From positions 1 to 59,045 of IMG/VR virus record IMGVR_UViG_3300027859_000017: DNA of 59,045 nt, one strand, 5' to 3'. The notes beneath the pieces were generated by a model. The model was given only the letters and a program-made list of their open reading frames with translations, was not told the origin of the DNA and ran no database searches. Positions 54,853-59,045 of this stretch are shown here, in pieces. Position numbers and translations under genes: made by a program. How positions within the stretch are numbered: the stretch's first letter is position 1; each line of letters opens with the position of its first letter. The DNA comes from a virus. Lineage: Duplodnaviria; Caudoviricetes.

Positions 54853-54920
54853 GTTACTTACAAAGGGGGTTTTTAATCCCCTCTGTTTCGCCACCTTTCT
54901 GTGTTGCTCGTCAGAGTAAC
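54853..54920 (-). ncRNA. Type I hammerhead ribozyme (upstream of phosphatase)
   Basis: GUUACU CUGACGA GC-AACACAGAAAGGUG-GC GAAA CAGAGGGG-loop-CCCCUUUG UA/AGUAAC; GUA cleavage site at 54859/54858. Confidence 0.88.
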
Positions 54921-54923
54921 TAA

Positions 54924-55073
54924 TTAAACTAAATATTCGGCGACTTTCTTTTCGGCCTGTTCTCTTGTTAGACCAAATTTATCCATGAGGTTTTTAACTC
55001 TGATTAACCTCCTGTTTTCTCTCCTCGCTTTTGCGTGGTGTAAAATGTTATTTTCTATTCTGTGTCTATTCAT
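54924..55073 (-). CDS. Small basic protein (49 aa)
   Basis: MNRHRIENNILHHAKARRENRRLIRVKNLMDKFGLTREQAEKKVAEYLV; stop lies 3 nt before the hammerhead. Confidence 0.6.
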   Translation of the reverse strand: MNRHRIENNILHHAKARRENRRLIRVKNLMDKFGLTREQAEKKVAEYLV

Positions 55074-55083
55074 AATATTTATT

Positions 55084-55326
55084 TTATATTAATTCATTTA
55101 TGTATTCAAAAGTTCTTTGTAAAGATTTTAGGTCTTTTTCTACCCAGTAATTTACATCTTTTAAATGGGTAAATTTTACCCAATCAAGAGCGTGGAGTAA
55201 CTCAAGTTTCTTTTTTATCTTATTTCTTTCTATATCTATATAGGTTAGGTTTGCAAATAACTTAATTATCTCTTTATTCTTTTTTTGATAATTGGTTTTG
55301 GCTTCTTGTATATTAGTATTTTTCAT
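55084..55326 (-). CDS. Hypothetical protein
   Basis: 80-aa ORF. Confidence 0.6.
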   Translation of the reverse strand: MKNTNIQEAKTNYQKKNKEIIKLFANLTYIDIERNKIKKKLELLHALDWVKFTHLKDVNYWVEKDLKSLQRTFEYINELI

Positions 55327-55720
55327 GATATTTTTTTAAATTTTTGTAAAATATTTTATTAATTAATTCTTCTGTTATATTGGGGTAGTCTTTCAACTTC
55401 TCGATACAATCAATAGTGTCCCCAGTGTAGTAACATTCATGGTTTGAAAGTTCTCGTTTGATAATTGTTTCAATTCCATTCTCTGCGATATCTTGTTTTA
55501 TCGCATTAGTATAAATCTTGTTAAGTTCTTTTAAAACTTTTTTCGCTTGATTTCTTGGGCAATACATACCCTGTCCAAGTCCAACGATTTGGTCTTGCTT
55601 TGTTAGAAAGTGTTTTCTCATGCCTTCAGCAAATTGTTCATTGTCGAATGCAAAGAAAACTTTTCTTTGTTTGAATAGGTTTGTTTGTGCTTGTTCTGTG
55701 TAATCGTTTAAGTATTTCAT
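55313..55720 (-). CDS. Phage hypothetical protein
   Basis: VFFAFDNEQFAEG...RELSNHECYYTGD pattern. Confidence 0.7.
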   Translation of the reverse strand: MKYLNDYTEQAQTNLFKQRKVFFAFDNEQFAEGMRKHFLTKQDQIVGLGQGMYCPRNQAKKVLKELNKIYTNAIKQDIAENGIETIIKRELSNHECYYTGDTIDCIEKLKDYPNITEELINKIFYKNLKKYHEKY

Positions 55721-55732
55721 AATAATAATAGT

Positions 55733-55876
55733 TTAAAAATTAATTGTTACACCATTAAAAATGGTTTGATATAGTATAAAAAGAATGCCTGTAAAACTCA
55801 TTAACATTAGCTTATAAATAAACAATGCTAAAACTGGATTTGTGTCATTCCAAATTGATTTGATTAAGTATTTCAT
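55733..55876 (-). CDS. Small membrane peptide (47 aa)
   Basis: MKYLIKSIWNDTNPVLALFIYKLMLMSFTGILFILYQTIFNGVTINF. Confidence 0.5.
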   Translation of the reverse strand: MKYLIKSIWNDTNPVLALFIYKLMLMSFTGILFILYQTIFNGVTINF

Positions 55877-55897
55877 ATAATTGTTTTTAAAAGTTAG

Positions 55898-55942
55898 AGA
55901 GCGGGAGGGGACTCGAACCCCTCTAAATTTCCAAACCGCTCT
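55898..55942 (-). ncRNA. tRNA-like mini-element (acceptor stem + T arm only)
   Basis: AGAGCGG-UUUGGAAAUUUA-GAGGGG-UUCGAGU-CCCCUC-CCGCUCU. Confidence 0.65.
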
Positions 55943-55946
55943 GAGA

Positions 55947-55962
55947 GTGTCTTTAAAGACAC
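55947..55962. repeat. 16-bp palindrome after amidoligase stop
   Basis: Exact copy, extends to 20 bp GAGTGTCTTTAAAGACACTC. Confidence 0.9.
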
Positions 55963-55965
55963 TCC

Positions 55966-57039
55966 TTAGGGCATAAATACACTAACTTCAGACCCTCTTA
56001 CCAAATCAACCCATTCATCAACTAATACATCGTAGTTCCTTTTCAGGTCTGTGTCAAACCATACCAAATGGGCTTGATGAAAAAGGTCTCTCGCTGGTCT
56101 AAAAGCCCCCCTATTGGTTACCTCGCTTTTAATCCATTTCCAACCCTCTACATAAGGAATTACATACCTGTTGAATTTACTGGTCAAAATCATCCTTCTA
56201 AAATGCCCCGCCAGTGTTCCCAACCAGTCCACCTTTTCAGCGTTCCCCTCGTACATGCTCATCAGTACAGGTCTAATAATCTTAAGGAATTTTTTATGCG
56301 TTCCATTCGGATTATTAATTGAAAAGTCTAAAAGATGATAACAAAGTTCATATCTCCTCATCATCTGCTTGACGCTCTGTACTCTGCTCGGGAGTCGCAA
56401 CTCAATAGCGTGGTCCATGATTTTTACTGGGCAGTATTTATCATGCCTACCCCCTAAAAAATCATTTAAATTACTATTGTAGTCACTGGGTTTTATTGAT
56501 AGGTTTCTATTGCAGTAGCTATTCGTTAACCTCTTTCTGAAAATTGCGTAAAAGATACCAAAGTTTTTTCTGATTTTCTCAGCAACTTCATAACCGCTTA
56601 ACCCATGAACGCTCAAAGTAATATGCCCCCCGCAACTTCTATCGGATGGGCTAAACTCATCAGAGATAATTTTCTTTGCTTCAACAAACATATTGAAAAC
56701 TTTCGTTCTCCAAAGTGATTTCGGCAACAGAGGAAGTACATGAGTAACCGCTTCAACTCCGCAAGAGGAATCAGTTTCAAACCCTTTAAAAAGCGGGTAC
56801 TCTATAACTGCCCCCCTGTGAAATCTTATTTTTTCAATTTCGAAACCGATATTAAATTTGCTTTCGATTTCATTCGGGTCATCCGCATATCTTTCAACAA
56901 CATTCGTTGTTCTTATCCCTCGTAAATCAACCTTTTTCGCTTTGTTGATAAACTCGGGGTCGGGGCTTCCATGATACCCCCTGACTCTACCTCTGTCAGC
57001 ATCGCCAGTAATTTCAAATTTTACTCCTGTATCAATCAT
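55966..57039 (-). CDS. Putative amidoligase (COOH-NH2 ligase, Amidoligase_2-like)
   Basis: IGFEIE, TDSSCGVEAVT, SCGGHITLS, KY, IELRL. Confidence 0.75.
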   Translation of the reverse strand: MIDTGVKFEITGDADRGRVRGYHGSPDPEFINKAKKVDLRGIRTTNVVERYADDPNEIESKFNIGFEIEKIRFHRGAVIEYPLFKGFETDSSCGVEAVTHVLPLLPKSLWRTKVFNMFVEAKKIISDEFSPSDRSCGGHITLSVHGLSGYEVAEKIRKNFGIFYAIFRKRLTNSYCNRNLSIKPSDYNSNLNDFLGGRHDKYCPVKIMDHAIELRLPSRVQSVKQMMRRYELCYHLLDFSINNPNGTHKKFLKIIRPVLMSMYEGNAEKVDWLGTLAGHFRRMILTSKFNRYVIPYVEGWKWIKSEVTNRGAFRPARDLFHQAHLVWFDTDLKRNYDVLVDEWVDLVRGSEVSVFMP

Positions 57040-57635
57040 AGCTCTGAGATTTTTAAATTAATTAAATTCATTGCTTCGGTTAAGCACTCCACATCATTTA
57101 AGGTTTTAACCTCATCAGGAAAAATTTCAAATTTTATATGAGAAAATTGACCAGTTCCTTTCAGGGTTAAAATTGCCTTTGGTCTTTCGATTACTTGAGC
57201 ATTCCCTTCTGTTAATTCCGCCTTTGCGAATTTGTGCAAACTTTCAAGACTTCTTGAGGTGCTTTCGCCGTTGTTCTCTGCCTGTGTGCATTCTCTTTTG
57301 AATTTCGTTACAACTTGCGGATTTTCCTCGAGTAATTTACCCGCTTTTACCATTTTGAAAAAATATGATTTTTTCCACCCAAAAACTCTTTCAGCAAATA
57401 TTTCAACATTTACCCAGTCCACACCCTCAGTGTCCATCAGACTTTTTGCTTCATCTGATTTATACCAGTCATTGGCCTTGTTTACGATTTTAGCAAGTTT
57501 TAAAGATTTTTCAAACTTACTTTTTTTCGCATCTCCTATCTGTTGAGATAGGTTTTGAATTGTGTTAATCGGAACATGATTTCTTACCCCAGTATGAGAT
57601 AAAAACTCTTGTTCAATTTGGTTTAGATTATTCAT
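57036..57635 (-). CDS. Hypothetical protein, first gene of the early arm
   Basis: 199 aa; FGWKKSYFFKMVK may be HTH-like. Confidence 0.7.
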   Translation of the reverse strand: MNNLNQIEQEFLSHTGVRNHVPINTIQNLSQQIGDAKKSKFEKSLKLAKIVNKANDWYKSDEAKSLMDTEGVDWVNVEIFAERVFGWKKSYFFKMVKAGKLLEENPQVVTKFKRECTQAENNGESTSRSLESLHKFAKAELTEGNAQVIERPKAILTLKGTGQFSHIKFEIFPDEVKTLNDVECLTEAMNLINLKISEL

Positions 57636-57675
57636 GATTTTTAATATTTAGTTTAATTATTTTTTAATTATTGTT

Positions 57676-57707
57676 TAAATATAGTTCATTTCAGATAAGT
57701 AGACAAG
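57676..57707 (-). promoter_or_regulatory. Candidate early promoter
   Basis: CTTG-N20-TATATTTA on - strand upstream of ATG 57635. Confidence 0.5.
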
Positions 57708-57852
57708 TGTTTTTTATATTTTTATTTAGATTTTAGTTAAATAGTTGATTCTCTACCTGTTAAATAGGGTCTAATTATTGTAAAATATTAGAGTAATTTT
57801 CCTGGAGCGGGTTATTACCTTTCTTTTCCTGTTGTGAGGGAAAGGTTAAAAG

Positions 57853-57868
57853 GTGTCTTTAAAGACAC
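57853..57868. repeat. 16-bp palindrome in divergent non-coding region
   Basis: Exact copy. Confidence 0.9.
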
Positions 57869-58108
57869 TTTAAAGGGGGAAAAATGGAATATAAAAGAGA
57901 ATAGGGCCGACACAATAAGCAAAACAATTGTATTTGACAGAGGTAGGATAAAAAGCTAAAAAATTTGGCCAACCCGAGACAAAACAGACCCCCACCCCCA
58001 AAAAAAAAAGTCATTTTATTTTTTTTAGATTTGTGCGTGTGGCGATATATAACCTCCAGCCTCTATATATCTAAAATAAATTTGTATCTTTACATAAAAG
58101 AATCAGTT

Positions 58109-58321
58109 ATGCATTACAAGGATATGAAACCTTCAGAGTTAGGATACAGAGTTCAAGATGGGAGATTAATTAATGATGCTCCAGAATTAGTTTCTGGAAT
58201 TTCAAAAGCTGCAATCATGAGAAAAGAAATGAAGAGCAGAACATTAACTCAAGACATCGCACTAGGTATCGAGCTAGCTGAAGATAGAAAAAACATTAAA
58301 AATATCATCAAAGGTATTTAA
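58109..58321 (+). CDS. Hypothetical protein (70 aa)
   Basis: Start reassigned to ATG 58109 (MHYKDM...), preceded by TAAATTTG/TATCTTTA boxes, followed by terminator. Confidence 0.65.
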   Translation: MHYKDMKPSELGYRVQDGRLINDAPELVSGISKAAIMRKEMKSRTLTQDIALGIELAEDRKNIKNIIKGI

Positions 58322-58354
58322 AGATACTTCCCTTTATTGGTAGTGTTTGGTTTG

Positions 58355-58380
58355 AGAGGACTCTAGGGTCCTCTTTTTTT
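58355..58380 (+). terminator. Intrinsic terminator
   Basis: AGAGGAC(TC)-loop-(GG)GTCCTCT plus T-tract. Confidence 0.8.
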
Positions 58381-58391
58381 GTCTTGTTTCA

Positions 58392-58556
58392 TGTAAGCTT
58401 TTATTATAATATGTAGAGTTTGTGTACAGTTTATGTAGAGTTTAAAAATATAACTTATTGTAAATCAGCTTATTGAATTAAAAATGTCAGAAATGTTAAG
58501 TTTGAAGCCTCGTATATGGAAACGATATACATGTGTTAATAATATATATATATAGA
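58392..58556. other. Candidate replication origin B
   Basis: TGTAGAGTTTG TGTACAGTTTA TGTAGAGTTTA at 58412-58444, IHF consensus AATCAGCTTATTG at 58463-58475, TGTTAAGTTTG at 58494, (TA)n tract. Confidence 0.45.
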
Positions 58557-58579
58557 GTATGAGGGGTTGAACTGCTCAT

Positions 58580-58611
58580 ATTGTATTAATTGAATTATTT
58601 GTTTACCTTTG
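58580..58611 (+). promoter_or_regulatory. groEL promoter
   Basis: ATTG-N20-TACCTTTG. Confidence 0.7.
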
Positions 58612-58634
58612 CATATCAATTAAATTAAATTCAA

Positions 58635-59045
58635 ATGAATCCAGGTTACACTCCTAAAGAACTACATTTTTCACAACCAGCAAGAAATCAATTAACACAA
58701 GGCATAGCAAAAATTGCTAAGGCTGTAAAGAGTACATTAGGCCCTAGAGGTAATACTGTATTAATAGAATCTCAAGACCATACTCATGGTATAACTGTAA
58801 CAAAAGATGGAGTTACTGTTGCGAAATCTATATCTCTCATGGACCCCGTTGAAAACCTTGCAGTTCGCATGATGAAAGAAGCGGCAGACAAGACTGCAAC
58901 TTTAGCTGGTGATGGCACGACTACAGCTATTGTTTTAACTGAAGCTTTAGTAGAACATGGGACTTGCGCAATGGGTGAGGATATAAATAGAACCGAAGTT
59001 TTAAAATGTTTAGTTGACCAAACGAAATTAGTTGTAGAGGAGTTG
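58635..59045 (+). CDS. groEL: Chaperonin GroEL, 5' part
   Basis: MNPGYTPKELHF...AVKSTLGPRGNTVLI...VTKDGVTVAKSI, in frame with 1-1416 across the overlap. Confidence 0.95.
   Translation, partial: MNPGYTPKELHFSQPARNQLTQGIAKIAKAVKSTLGPRGNTVLIESQDHTHGITVTKDGVTVAKSISLMDPVENLAVRMMKEAADKTATLAGDGTTTAIVLTEALVEHGTCAMGEDINRTEVLKCLVDQTKLVVEEL
58827..59045. repeat. Terminal direct repeat (assembly overlap), copy 2
   Basis: Matches 1-219 with one SNP. Confidence 0.97.

Noticed and set aside
55898-55942. Canonical tRNA gene
   Set aside because: No D arm or anticodon arm; reported as a tRNA-like element instead
56635-56668. CTGATGAG on the - strand inside the amidoligase gene
   Set aside because: Followed by CGATAG rather than GAAA and no supporting stems
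57095-57122. CTGATGA followed by a GGTT/AACC hairpin on the - strand, resembling a third hammerhead
   Set aside because: No GAAA after stem II, no stem III, and it lies within a CDS
4516-57635. Stop-codon reassignment as in some crAss-like phages
   Set aside because: Long genes are intact in the standard code and TAA, TAG and TGA all end credible genes
22754-57868. CRISPR array built from the palindrome
   Set aside because: Copies are kilobases apart with no regular spacers and no cas genes
57965-58108. N-terminal extension of the 57965-58321 ORF
   Set aside because: TTG start through homopolymer tracts; promoter-like boxes and A-rich leader favour ATG 58109

Overview
The window is an apparently complete, circularly permuted, AT-rich tailed-phage genome. 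A 219-bp terminal overlap (1-219 = 58827-59045) gives a unit length of 58,826 bp. Repeated TAnnTTTG (-7) and TTTG (-33) promoter boxes point to a Bacteroidota (probably flavobacterial) host. The + strand arm carries groEL/groES, a cluster of small basic ORFs, a 2425-aa tail fibre, lysis genes, terminase, portal, scaffold, major capsid, podovirus-type tail proteins and probable ejection proteins. The - strand arm carries early and replication genes: amidoligase, GATase-GGCT fusion, Pnkp-type phosphatase, DUF1599-like, DnaA-C-like, SSAP, RecE-like exonuclease, SSB, primase-helicase, SNF2 helicase, VRR-NUC and HNH. I recognised no DNA or RNA polymerase, integrase or true tRNA. The most striking feature is in the early region: two complete type I hammerhead ribozymes bracket a gene for a T4 Pnkp-like 3'-phosphatase, the enzyme family that removes the 2',3'-cyclic phosphate hammerheads leave. 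Nearby are a 45-nt tRNA-like mini-element and a pseudoknot. A 16-bp perfect palindrome (GTGTCTTTAAAGACAC) occurs five times exactly and once with one mismatch, and two copies bracket this RNA-element-rich block. All product calls come from motif recognition by eye, not database searches.
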